A DNA stretch of 64,000 nucleotides from Macrostomum lignano. Its lineage: Eukaryota. Below the pieces are notes generated by a model. That model did no database searches. It saw only the letters and a program-made list of their open reading frames with translations, and was not told the origin of the DNA. Positions 45,212 through 59,887 of the stretch are shown piece by piece. The position numbers were made by a program, and so were the translations under genes. The stretch lies in NCBI GenBank assembly GCA_002269645.1, contig NIVC01000280.1, positions 186,001 to 250,000 on the forward strand. Direction: 5' to 3'. Numbering within the stretch: position 1 is the stretch's first letter; each line of letters opens with the position of its first letter.

Positions 45212-48086
45212 ATGAGCGCCTGCGATGCCAGCCACAGCGATGTCACCTGCAAGTGGCTGGACGACTTACCCTGCCTCGGCCCGGTGACGCTAAACGCCTT
45301 CGACAAACAACTCTGGGAGTCACTGCTCGACTGCAACGGGAACAACAGCCGTCAGGGCCAGCCGCAACGATATGACGTGCACTCCAAGCCTCTCCATGAG
45401 AAATTTGAAAATCCACAGGTTCAACTTCCTTTGTGGCCAAAACCGGACGGGCCAGTAGGTCCGAAGCAGTCACCTTCGGCAGCCTACTACCGACAGCAGG
45501 TCAGCGCGCTGCGTCGGGCCAGCCTGGCCTATCGCCGGCTGCAGACTGTGGTTGGCCGCTTCCGCCGCAGCGTAGAGCGCCGCGACGCGCAAAGGAGGCG
45601 CCACTCCATGAAAGCTGCGCGTCTGTCACCAACGTCGATGGCAGCGCCGACTGAGGAGGAGCCAGATTCGTCAACGTTGTCGCAGGATGTCGACAGGCAG
45701 GCCTGCTGTAGGAGTCGGTACCCGCCCCCACCTGCCCGGATGAATCCTCCCGGATGTCTGGTCGCTCATCCGGAAGAGCTATCTTCGTCATCCCCGTGGC
45801 AGTCGGACTTCTCAGCGCGACTCTTTGTGCCGCAAAGTGCCGTCAGAGCAACGACTGCAGTGCAATGGCAGCAGCAGGCGGAAACCAGGTAAAAACTTTC
45901 ACAGCTGGGCTTTACAAAATTTTACAACCAGTCAAATCAACGCTGAAACGTGGCCAAGATTTTTAGAAGACGCTTTAGAAGGTCGCGACTCCATAATTCC
46001 CTCTAGCAAATGTCAATGCCATTCCAGGCGCTGCTCCAGCCTGTCGTCTCACTTTGGCGCCACTCATTCGCCGAGTCAGCAGCGTCGGAAGCTTCACAGC
46101 CATCAAGAGACGTCGTTGCAACCAGAGCCTGTAAACAACTTCAGCTCGGACTCTCTGCTCACCAGCCAAAACACGCATGTCACAATGGAGTTTTCAGCCG
46201 ACGACTCAACATTTTCCTACACGGAATCGCCAGTCGAGTCCCTGGCCAGTCCGTTGGAGGACGAGCTGCAGCAGCAGCAGCAGCAGCCAATCCTGGAGAA
46301 GCAACTCGGCGGCAAGGCGGAACAGCCGAAGCGGCTCCTGCTGATGCTGCCGCCAGCGCCGGTGCAGACGCTGCTGGCCCCACCAGCCGATGTGGTGCGC
46401 GCTCTTCCAACTCAGCGACCGCGCCGTCAGCATCAAATCATCGAGCAGCAGCAGCAGCAGCCGCACTCCGGCCAGCAGCGGCGAAGCAGGAATTCGCGCA
46501 ACTGCTGCGTTGCAGTGGCATCTCAGCGTCTTTGCATGGCAACCGACGGTCGCTTCGCCTGGGCAAAGTCCGGCCTGGGCCGCAGCGCTTCTCGTTGCAG
46601 CCGGGCGTGCAGCCAGTGGCTGTTCGTTGGGACCGGCGGCAGACAACCGCCAGAGGAGCTCCTGGAGCCGCTACACTGCTGGCTTATCTTCGAACAAGTC
46701 GGCCCGACGATGAGCCTCAGACAGGCGGCCGCCGTGGAAGCCGCCTCCACCGCTGCCCGTTGGCCTCTGCTGGTGACGTCACCGGATCCGCAGACCGCAC
46801 TGCGATTCGTCACCGCAGCTGCATCGGCGCCGGAGCCCGTGAAGGCCACCGCTCCGCCAGCGGTGCCCGTCTTTTGGCGCCATGACACATCGGCCACAGC
46901 CGGGTTCCAGCAGTCGCAGCCGCCGCTGTACCGATGGCCGCCGCCACCCGCCGGCTCGCTAATCGGATCGCCCAGCTCGCAGACGGCCGCCTCTGCCAGC
47001 AGCAGCAGCGGTGGCTGCGGTCGATCGAGCGGCGTCACGGCGTCTGTCGGGCGCGAGAAACTCCAGCAGCAGCGGCAGCTTCGCCGGATGGTGCAGGTGA
47101 TGCAAATGCGCCGAAAGCCTAGCGACACGGAGTTCGTCGGTGCACCGACCGGCGGCGACAGCTGTCGGAACGGCTTCTGCCGCCGACGATGCGACCTGCT
47201 CGAAGATCTGCTCCGACGCCGGGACGAAATCGACGATATGCTGACGGCGCTGCAGCCCAGCCCGTGCCACTCGCCGACATCGTCGCGTTTCTATTCTTTC
47301 GGCGCTGCCAGCGGCGTTGATGGCGGAATCTCCAGCAGCGCTACGGACAGCGAGTTCGCCGCTAGCCGCTCCGATGACGCCAACAGCATCAACAGCGTCT
47401 GCAGCAGCAGCAGCAGCGGCAGCGGCAACAGCCATTCGTACTTCGTCACGCCAAGCAGCGCGCTCGGCCGGACGGCAAACAACAACGCAGACGTCGGCTG
47501 TGGCGAAGGCGCCGTGGACAGTCACCGGAGACGCCGGACGTACTACGCCCGACGGTGCATCGTTCGGCTGGAGGAGAGCGCGGCTCTGCTGGTCCAGGAG
47601 ACCGCCTGCCGGGCCAGCAGCGTGGTGTCCACCTGCTCGGTGCAGCAGGACTCTGCGGACAGCGAAAGCGGCCTCCTGAACTGCTCTTCCGCGGTGCAGC
47701 CGGCGCTTCAGGCGGTGCGGCTCGGCCAGAATCTGCAGGCCCTGGAGCGGCGGACGCTGCGCCGGGCCTGGGACCGGCCGCCCCTGGCGCCGTCCAGCTT
47801 GGCCGCTCTGGACCCCACAGTGGCCAGCTTCATCTGGTGGAGCCTCATCCCACTAGGCCGACGGCTGAAGCCCGACGAGCCGGACACCAAAAAGCCCGTT
47901 ACGACCGCGATTCCGCTGCATCCGCGCTGGCTGCGGCCGCCGACACTGCCGTGCCCGGCCAAGACCGAGATGGAGATGTGGGCGGAGTCCGGCGACTCGG
48001 CGATGAGCAGCGGCGCCGGAGGTCACGTGACCTCCGCCGCCATTGGCCAGCAGCTGGTGCTTGACGTGCCAGTTGGCCCGCTGTGA
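45212..48086 (+). CDS. uncharacterised Ser/Ala/Gln-rich protein, ~918 aa, 2 exons (45212-45888, 46007-48086)
   Basis: two long GC-rich ORFs joined in frame by AG|GTAAAA..CTCTAG (118-nt intron); AT-rich flanks; ATTAAA at ~48322; no family recognised. Confidence 0.7.
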
Positions 48087-48504
48087 CGTCGAATCTTTTT
48101 TTATTATTTTTGTAATTTTTTATAAAACGATTTTAATTCGCAGTTTGAAGCACCGCCATTGAATGCATTCGCAATTCCAAGAAATCCGCGACACTGCCTC
48201 GCTTTGAGTCTGAAGTACTTAGCAGTGGCAGAGTAGCCGCTTTTTAAGTTGGATGAGTTGTTTTTTAGTCGCTAAATATTTATTGGCTGCTTTGTAAAAT
48301 TAGTCTTTACAATATGTTCTATTAAATTCTAATTTGAAATCCGGAGTGACTGAAGTACTTGACTGAATGAGAGTGACAACAGAGTGACTGAAGAGCAATG
48401 CCTGAGTGACATTAGAGTTATTGTTCAGCCGGACCAGCCGGCTTTGTCTCACAATCTGTAAGAGTAGTTAGAGTCAGCACCCAGTCTTGCTGCTTGCCAA
48501 ATGA

Positions 48505-49705
48505 CACCAGAGTGATGCCAGAGTTATGCCAGAGTAATTGCAGAGTGACACTAGAGTGACGCCAGAGTGACACTAGAGTGATGCCAGAGTGACGCTAGAG
48601 TGACGCCAGAGTGACACTAGAGTGATGCCAGAGTGATGCCAGAGTGATGCCAGAGTGATGCCAGAGTGACACTAGAGTGATGCCAAAGTGATGCCAGAGT
48701 GATGCCAGAGTGACACTAGAGTGATGCCAGAGTGATGCCAGAATGATGCCAGACTGACACTAGAGTGATGCCAGAGTGACACTAGAGTGATGCCAGAGTG
48801 ACGCTAGATTGATGCCAGAGTGATGCCAGAGTGATGCCAGACTGACACTAAAGTGATGCCAGAGTGACACTAGAGTGATGCCAGAGTGACACTAGAGTGA
48901 TGCCAGAGTGACACTAGAGTGATGCCAGAGTGACACTAGAGTGATGCCAGAGTGACGCTAGAGTGATGCCAGAGTGACACTAGAGTGACGCTAGAGTGAT
49001 GCCAGAATGATGCCAGAGTGACACTAGAGTGACGTCAGAGTGATGCCAGAATGATGCCAGAGTGATGCCAGACTGACACTAAAGTGATGCCAGAGTGACA
49101 CTAGAGTGATGCCAGAGTGACACTAGAGTGATGCCAGAGTGACACTAGAGTGATGCCAGAGTGACACTAGAGTGATGCCAGAGTGACACTAGAGTGATGC
49201 CAGAGTGACACTAGAGTGATGCCAGAGTGACACTAGAGTGATGCCAGAGTGATGCCAGAGTGACACTAGAGTGATGCCAGAGTGATGCCAGAATGATGCC
49301 AGACTGACACTAGAATGATGCCAGAGTGATGCCAGAGTGATGCCAGAGTGACACTAGAGTGATGCCAGGGTGATGCCAGAGTGATGCCAGAGTGATGCCA
49401 GAGTGATGCCAGAGTGACACTAGAGTGATGCCAGGGTGATGCCAGAGTGATGCCAGAGTGATGCCAGAATGATGCCAGAGTGATGCCAGAGTGATGCCAG
49501 AGTGATGCCAGAATGATGCCAGAGTGATGCCAGAGTGATGCCAGAGTGATGCCAGAGTGATGCCAGAGTGATGCCAGAGTGACACTAGAGTGCTGCCAGG
49601 GTGATGCCAGAGTGATGCCAGAATGATACCAGAGTGATGCCAGAGTGATGCCAGAGTGATGCCAGAGTGACACTAGAGTGATGCCAGGGTGATGCCAGAG
49701 TGAGA
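48505..49705. repeat. minisatellite, 11 bp (GAGTGATGCCA / GAGTGACACTA)
   Basis: direct inspection. Confidence 0.95.
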
Positions 49706-50054
49706 ACGTGACAACAGGATGAGACTGAAGAGTGAAAAGAGTATGAGAAGTGTAGTTGAGAATAAGCTATTTAACTGAGATCTGTATTTTTCAACATTAT
49801 TTAAATGTGCCGGATTGCTGACACTGTGAAACACACTTTAAGTTGGTGAAATCAGCAAATTGCGGCAGTAGAACAAAGGTGCAAATTTAAATAAGCTTTC
49901 TACTGAAGAAAGTAGTTCGGCTAGTGTATGGCTTAACAATTTTCTTATGGCTTATTAACAATGGAAGGCTGTCTGTCTATATATAGAGAATCAGTGAGCC
50001 ACGCCAGGGGCTGCTGGTGAAGTCCGCAAGCTGTTCTCGAGCCGCTGCTGAGCC

Positions 50055-52975
<2,921 letters not shown>

Positions 52976-52989
52976 ACATTTGAAACTAG

Positions 52990-53930
52990 TGCAGAGAGTG
53001 AGATTGGGAGAGTGAGATTGGGAGAGTGAGAATGGGAGAGTAAGAATGGGAGAGTGAGATTGGGAGAGTGAGATTGGGAGAGTGAGATTGGGAGAGTGAG
53101 GTTGAGAGAGTGAGATTGGGAGAGTGAGATTGGGAGAGTGAGATTAGGAGAGTGAGGTTGAGAGAGTGAGGTTGGGAGAGTGAGATTGGGAGAGTGGGAG
53201 AGTGAGAAAGTGAGATTAAGAGAGTGAGAGTGAGAGAGTGAGGTGAGATCAAGAGAGTGAGAAGGTGAGAAGGTGAGATCAAGAGACTGAGAGTGAGAGA
53301 ATGAGAAGGTGAGATCAAGAGAGTGAGAGAGTGAGAGTGAGAGAGTGAGAGTGTGAGATCAAGATACTGAGAGACTGAGAGTGAGAGAGTGAGAAGGTGA
53401 GATCAAGAGAGTGAGAGACTGAGAGTGAGAGACTGAGAGTGAGAGACTGAGAGTGAGAGACTGAGAGTGAGAGACTGAGAGTGAGAGACTGAGAGTGAGA
53501 GACTGAGAGTGAGAAGGTGAGATCAAGAGACTGAGAGTGAGAGACTGAGAGTGAGAGACTGAGAGTGAGAAGGTGAGATCAAGAGACTGAGAGTGAGAGA
53601 CTGAGAGTGAGAGACTGAGAGTGAGAGACTGAGAGTGAGAGACTGAGAGTGAGAGACTGAGAGTGAGAGACTGAGAGTGAGAGACTGAGAGTGAGAGACT
53701 GAGAGTGAGAGACTGAGAGTGAGAGACTGAGAGTGAGAGACTGAGAGTGAGAGACTGAGAGTGAGAGACTGAGAGTGAGAGACTGAGAGTGAGAAAGTGA
53801 GATCAAGAGACTGAGAGTGAGAGACTGAGAGTGAGAGACTGAGAGTGAGAGACTGAGAGTGAGAGACTGAGAGTGAGAGACTGAGAGTGAGAGACTGAGA
53901 GTGAGAAGGTGAGATCAAGAGACTGAGAGA
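52990..53930. repeat. GA-rich 14-bp minisatellites (GAGAGTGAGATTGG then GAGAGTGAGAGACT)
   Basis: direct inspection. Confidence 0.93.
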
Positions 53931-54383
53931 CTGGGAGAAAGGTTGAGACTGAGTGAGCGAGATAAAGAAAGTGGCAGAGAAGAAATGGCATTCTGACATT
54001 GTCCATAAACAAGCCGAAGTCCTCAGCTGAACCAATAATGCTTATCCAGTTACTCAATTTTTTCACTTGTGCGCCAAGCTGCAGTGAAAAGCAAATAAAC
54101 CTGTTGCTAAAGAAGCGGGAGCAGCCGATGCTGCGCCAGCATGTACCCGCATTGCCTGCTCTCTGCAGGAAGAACGCGTCCGAGCCAACTGGGAAATGAG
54201 GCTGGGGGGCTGTGCAGGAAATGACAGCACAAGGTAGCGAGCCAACCGTCTCTGATTTATGTTTCTGAGGATAACTGCCTGATTTAAAAGGCGTTATGTC
54301 CTTGTCCCAGTGGGATGTTTCATTGCCCCTGTGTTCTAACTGTTTCGAGCGACATGTAGATTAATTAATGTCAAAGAGATTTA

Positions 54384-56652
54384 TTAAAGATAGTAGGTGT
54401 ACATGATATTGAGAGAACAGTTGGTCTCTTCAGGGACTCCAGTTTTCTGCATCTCAAGGTCAATCATTTTTCGATTTGATGTAGCTCTCGGTAGCTCAGG
54501 GTCACTTCTTTTCTGATTGGCTGGGTGACGTACATTCTCAAGGTCACTTCTTTTCTGATTGGCTGGGTGACGTACTTTCTCAAGGTCATTTGTTTTCTGA
54601 TTGGCTGCGCGGTGTGTTGCCTGAAGGTCAATCGTATTCCGATTGGTTGTGACTTTCAGTTTCTTCCCAAGGTCACTCGGTCGCTGATTGGCTGGGCATC
54701 GTGTATTCTCAAGGTCATTTTTTACACTCGCTTCCTGATTGGCTGTCGCCCCTGGCAGTTGAAGGCCTGGGTGAAACTTATCGTCTATCTCAGTCTGCAA
54801 GTCTGCGCCGGAGCCCCGGGCCCTGCTGGCCACGAGCCTCACCGGCCGGCCGGTGGAAGTTTGGGACGTGGACGCCACGGAAGCAGCTCCGGCTCCAATC
54901 GCTGCCTTGGTGGCCGCCGCCGACCACTCAAGTCGGAGGGTGAGTAGCGAAATCGCCGCGGCAACGAGCTGGCCAATCAGAGCGGCCGCTGCCAGGCCGA
55001 ACGACAAGTCGAGAAAGCCGCTCTGGTGGCCGGCCAGGTCAGCCGAGGCCGTTGCGACCGCCTCGGACCAGGCAGCGAACAGGTGGAGCATCAGGCAGCA
55101 GAGAGCGAACCCGCAGGCCGCTGCGGGACCGAGCGTGTGAAGAATATTGCAGCCTCCCTAATCCCGGTCTTGCAAGCATATTCCGTAAATTCCAGCATCC
55201 CCACGATTCCCCATCATCAATCCACATGATCCCAGTGACCCAGCATCCCATCATCAATCAACCTGATCCCAGTGACCCAGCATCCCATCATCAATCAACC
55301 TGATCCCAGTGACCCAGCATCCCCATCATCAATCAACATCATCCCAGTGACCTGCCATCATCAATCAACCTGATCCCAGTGACCCAGCATCCCCATCATC
55401 AATCAACATCATCCCAGTGACCCAGTGACCTCCCATCATCAATCAACCTGATCCCAGTGACCCAGCATCCCCATCATCAATCAACATCATCCCAGTGACC
55501 CAGCATCCCCATCATCAATCAACATCATCCCAGTGACCCAGCATCCTCATCATCAATCAACATGATCCCAGTGACCCAGCATCCCTATCATCAATCAAAC
55601 TGATCCCAGTGACCCAGCATCCCAATCAACTGATCCAAAGTATCCAGCATCCCGTAGCCATTATCATCACTACGATCCCAGAAATCCCCAGCCCCGAAGA
55701 TCCCCATCATGAGCGCGATCCCAGCGGCCCAGCATCCCAACAATCCCCATCAGCTGTACCCGCCACTCCGGACGCAGCGGCAGAGGCGCACAGCAGGGGG
55801 TCGAGTCTCTCGCCGCAGCAGCAGCCGCAGCCGGCGAGGCATCTGGGCTTCCGGGCTGCCAGCCTGACAGCGGATGCGGCCTGCAGAGCCACGGATACTG
55901 CGGACGCCAGGACGGCCGATACGGAGAGAACCTGGCAGGCGAGCTGCAGGACTGGAAATGGAATGTGCGCGTTCAAAATTTGTTTTGAGTTCTTTTTGCT
56001 TCTCATCAGTGCCAATTAGAACTCATAATCGGTGCCAAACAGAACTCATAATCGGTGCCAAACAGAACTCATAATCGGTGCCAAACAGAACTCATAATCG
56101 GTGCCAAACAGAACTCATAATCGGTGCCAAACAGAACTCATAATCGGTGCCAAACAGAACTCATAATCGGTGCCAAACGGAACTCATAATCGGCGCCAAA
56201 CGGAACTCAAAATCGGTGCCAAACGGAACTCATAATCGGCGCCAAACGGAACTCAAAATCGGTGCCAAACGGAACTCAAAATCGGTGCCAAACGGAACTC
56301 AAAATCGGTGCCAAACGGAACTCAAAATCGGCGCCAAACGGAACTCAAAATCGGTGCCAAACGGAACTCAAAATCGGCGCCAAACAGAACTCGAATCCTA
56401 ACAAACAAGACTCATCCTCAGCACGGCATCCCGAAGCCACTAACCGGCCAGAGTCGCCCCGGCGCCGCTGCCGCCATCAATCATGAGGTCGACAAAGACG
56501 CCCAGGCTGAGCACCGGACTGGCCGGCGTTGGCAGGCGCAGCTGAACGGCCAGCCGGGCCCAGCTCGGCCAGACGGTGGCGGCCAGCCAGCAGCCGGCGG
56601 AAGCAGCCAGCAGCAGGGTGAGCACAGCTCTGAGCAGCACCGCTGGCTTCAT
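54384..56652 (-). CDS. claudin/PMP22-superfamily-like 4-TM protein, 378 aa (exons 56652-56445, 55951-55760, 55120-54384)
   Basis: GT-AG exons join in frame; four hydrophobic segments; W after TM1, DLSFGLAAA before TM4; tail with repeats ending YYL. Confidence 0.72.
55215..55630. repeat. minisatellite, 37-38 bp (CATCATCAATCAACCTGATCCCAGTGACCCAGCATCC)
   Basis: direct inspection. Confidence 0.92.
56020..56395. repeat. minisatellite, 23 bp (AGAACTCATAATCGGTGCCAAAC)
   Basis: direct inspection. Confidence 0.95.
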
Positions 56653-56939
56653 GCCGGTTGTTACGTACGGAGCAGCCGCGGGTGAGGGGAACACTTTATT
56701 TGGGGATTAATTTCCCACCAAAGCGATAGGATCTCTTTGCCAGAAGTCAGCCGAGCGAGAGGCTGATTGTTCGTCAGCGCGATTTTGCGGGAAATTTCTG
56801 AAGCTTATCGGCTGCGGATATCTCAGCGGGTTACCGCAACTCCGTCACGGCTGACTTGAGACCTGTGGCCGACTTTGCTGACTCTGGCTTGAGCCCCCAG
56901 TTGTGGCTTCCCTGCTCTGCCTCCCATTCTATCCCATTC

Positions 56940-58150
56940 TGTCCCAATCCCCATCCTCTAGTGTCTCCAATCCCCATCCTCTAGTGTCTCCAATCCCCAT
57001 CCTCTAGTGTCTCCAATCCCCATCCTCTAGTGTCCCCAATCCCCATCCTCTAGTGTCTCCAATCCCCATCCTCTAGTGTCCCCAATCCGCATCCTCTAGT
57101 GTCCCCACTCCCCATCCTCTAGTGTCCCCACTCCCCATCCTCTAGTGTCCCCAATCCCCATCCTCTAGTGTCCCCAATCCCCATCCTCTAGTGTCTCCAA
57201 TCCGCATCCTCTAGTGTCCCCAATTCCCATCCTCTAGTGTCCCCAATTCCCATCCTCTAGTGTCCCCAATCCCCATCCTCTAGTGTCCCCAATCCCCATC
57301 CTCTAGCGTCCCCAATTCCCATCCTCTAGTGTCCCCAATCCGCATCCTCTAGTGTCCCCAATTCCCATCATCTAGTGTCCCCAATTCCCATCATCTAGTG
57401 TCCCCAATTCCCATCCTCTAGTGTCCCCAATTCCCATCCTCTAGTGTCCCCAATCCCCATCCTCTAGTGTCTCCAATCCGCATCCTCTAGTGTCCCCAAT
57501 CCCCATCCTCTATTGTCCCAATCCCCATCCTCTAGTTTCCCAATCCGCATCCTCTAGTTTCCCAATCCGCATCCTCTAGTTTCCCAATCCCCATCCTCTA
57601 GTGTCCCAATCCCCATCCTCTAGTTTCCCAATCCGCATCCTCTAGTTTCCCAATCCCCATCCTCTAGTGTCCCAATCCCCATCCTCTAGTGTCTCCAATC
57701 CCCATCCTCTATTGTCCCAATCCCCATCCTATTTTGCTCCAATCCCCATCCTCTAGTTTCCCAATCCGCATCCTCTAGTTTCCCAATCCCCATCCTCTAG
57801 TGTCCCAATCCCCATCCTCTAGTTTCCCAATCCGCATCCTCTAGTTTCCCAATCCCCATCCTCTAGTTTCCCAATCCCCATCCTCTAGTGTCTCCAATCC
57901 GCATCCTCTAGTGTCTCCAATCCGCATCCTCTAGTGTCCCCAATCCCCATCCTCTAGTTTCCCAATCCCCATCCTCTAGTGTCCCAATCCGCATCCTCTA
58001 GTTTCCCAATCCGCATCCTCTAGTTTCCCAATCCCCATCCTCTAGTGTCTTAATCCCCATCCTCTAGTGTCTCCAATCCGCATCCTCTAGTGTCCCCAAT
58101 CCCCATCCTCTAGTGTCCCAATCCGCATCCTCTAGTTTCCCAATCCCCAT
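56940..58150. repeat. minisatellite, 22-23 bp (CCCCATCCTCTAGTGTCTCCAAT)
   Basis: direct inspection. Confidence 0.95.
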
Positions 58151-58629
58151 CACTAGTGGCCCTCACTCAAAATCAAGTTACTCGTCAGAATAGTGAAGCT
58201 GCACATTTCCTTTGGACCGATGCCAAACAAGTGTCAGGTTCCTTGAAACCTGCAGGAATGGCATATTCAAACCCAAAACTCAAAATTTATGTACTAGCAC
58301 ATATGTATTTATATGTGAAAAATATGTGCAAGCAAAAAATTATAGCACAGTGTTCAGTGCTAATTGAATTTACAGTTGAATCTGATTGGCTTGTGTTGAA
58401 ATTTAAAATACGGTGAGCAATAAAGGATGAGACACTCGAGTGCGGTTGGTTAACTGGCAGTGTATGCCTGGGAATGCCGTCGGTCATTGGAGCTGTCAAT
58501 CTAAGTAGCAGCAGTGAATTAATCTTAAATAGGAACAAGAGCATATCATTTAGGTTTGTATACATCTATAAATATATGTTCAAATTATAGAAAATTCTGC
58601 CTTTTTGCAGCACTCAACAAACTAGGAAA

Positions 58630-58990
58630 TGTAGTCTTTTTTAGAATTTTAGGGAATTCCATGTATATACGTGAGTACAGGGTCTATTTTTAGAATATTA
58701 GGGAATTCCGTGAATAAACGTGAGTACATTGTCTATTTTTAGAATATTAGGGAATTCCGTGAATATACATTAGTACAGTGCCTATTTTAGGAATATTAGG
58801 GAATCCCGTGAATATACATGAGTACAGTGTCTATTTTTAGATATTGTTAGAAAATCCCGTGAATATACGTGAGTACAGTGTCTATTTTTAGAATATTAGG
58901 GAATCCCGTGAACATATATTAGTACAGTGCCTATTTTTAGAATACTAGGGAGTCTCGTAAACCAACCTGTGTACACTGCCTATTTTAGAA
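58630..58990. repeat. tandem repeat, 49 bp x ~7
   Basis: TTTTAGAATATTAGGGAATTCCGTGAATATACGTGAGTACAGTGTCTA. Confidence 0.9.
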
Positions 58991-59599
58991 AACGACGCGG
59001 ATTGCCCTATTGTAAAGTAAATCTGCAGCAAACAAATTGAATTGCAGATCAGCAGGTGCTGGTACAGAATAAAATCTGATCAATCAGCAGCAGCTGCTCA
59101 ACATGCAAGCTGAAGAAAACTTAAGTTGTCGGAAGAATGGAATCAGTAAAAGCCATAAAAACGTCAAAACACAAAGCAAAGAAATACTAATGGGAAAACG
59201 GAAACGTTACAAAAAAGGCAACAAAGGGTCGCAGAAAGCGCCATGAAGTTAGCAGGGAAACAATTTGGCAATTTGATTCATGCGGAAGAGTTTCAGGATA
59301 TAACAGCAGCAAACCAGGGATCCTATGTTGCTAGGGGATTCAACGACAGCAAGGAAACGTCAGGTTGCTAGGCGGTCTAAAGGAACTCTATTTTATAGGG
59401 TAGTTCCACTTTTTATATGGGAATCTCAAAGTTTTTAGGGGAATGTCATCGTTCTCCTTTAAAATATCCTCCAGGGGAATCCAATAAGCTTCTGAGGGAC
59501 TCTCAAAGGGAATCCCAAAATGGAAAAGGGAATCCCAAAAGTTATCAAGGAAAGTTCTGAAGGGAATCTCCATTTAAAGGAGAATAGTACGTTTCCAGG

Positions 59600-59770
59600 A
59601 GAATCTTTCGTTTCCAGGGGAACCTCTCGTTTCCAGGGGAACCTCTCGTTTCCAGGGGACCTCTCGTTTCCAGGGGACCTCTCGTTTCCAGGGAAACCTC
59701 TCGTTTCCAGGGGACCTCTCGTTTCCAGGGAACCTCTCGTTTCCAGGGGAACCTCTCGTTTCCAGGGAAC
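59600..59770. repeat. minisatellite, ~18 bp (TCTCGTTTCCAGGGGACC)
   Basis: direct inspection. Confidence 0.9.
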
Positions 59771-59887
59771 TCAAGCTAGCTCGTATTAGGGAAATTTTTG
59801 CAGGAGAATTTCTTGTTTCCGGTGGGAATATCAACTTTTCGGGGAATCCAGGGGAATCCCCAAGTTTCTGGGGAAGCCAGCTGCACT

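Noticed and set aside
46010-48064. Multiple overlapping and antisense ORFs over the orphan gene and over unc-79 exon 11
   Set aside because: Expected shadows of GC-rich coding sequence.
53960-54200. GC-richer patch with splice-like sites downstream of the claudin-like stop
   Set aside because: No consistent frame link to any gene; may be UTR.
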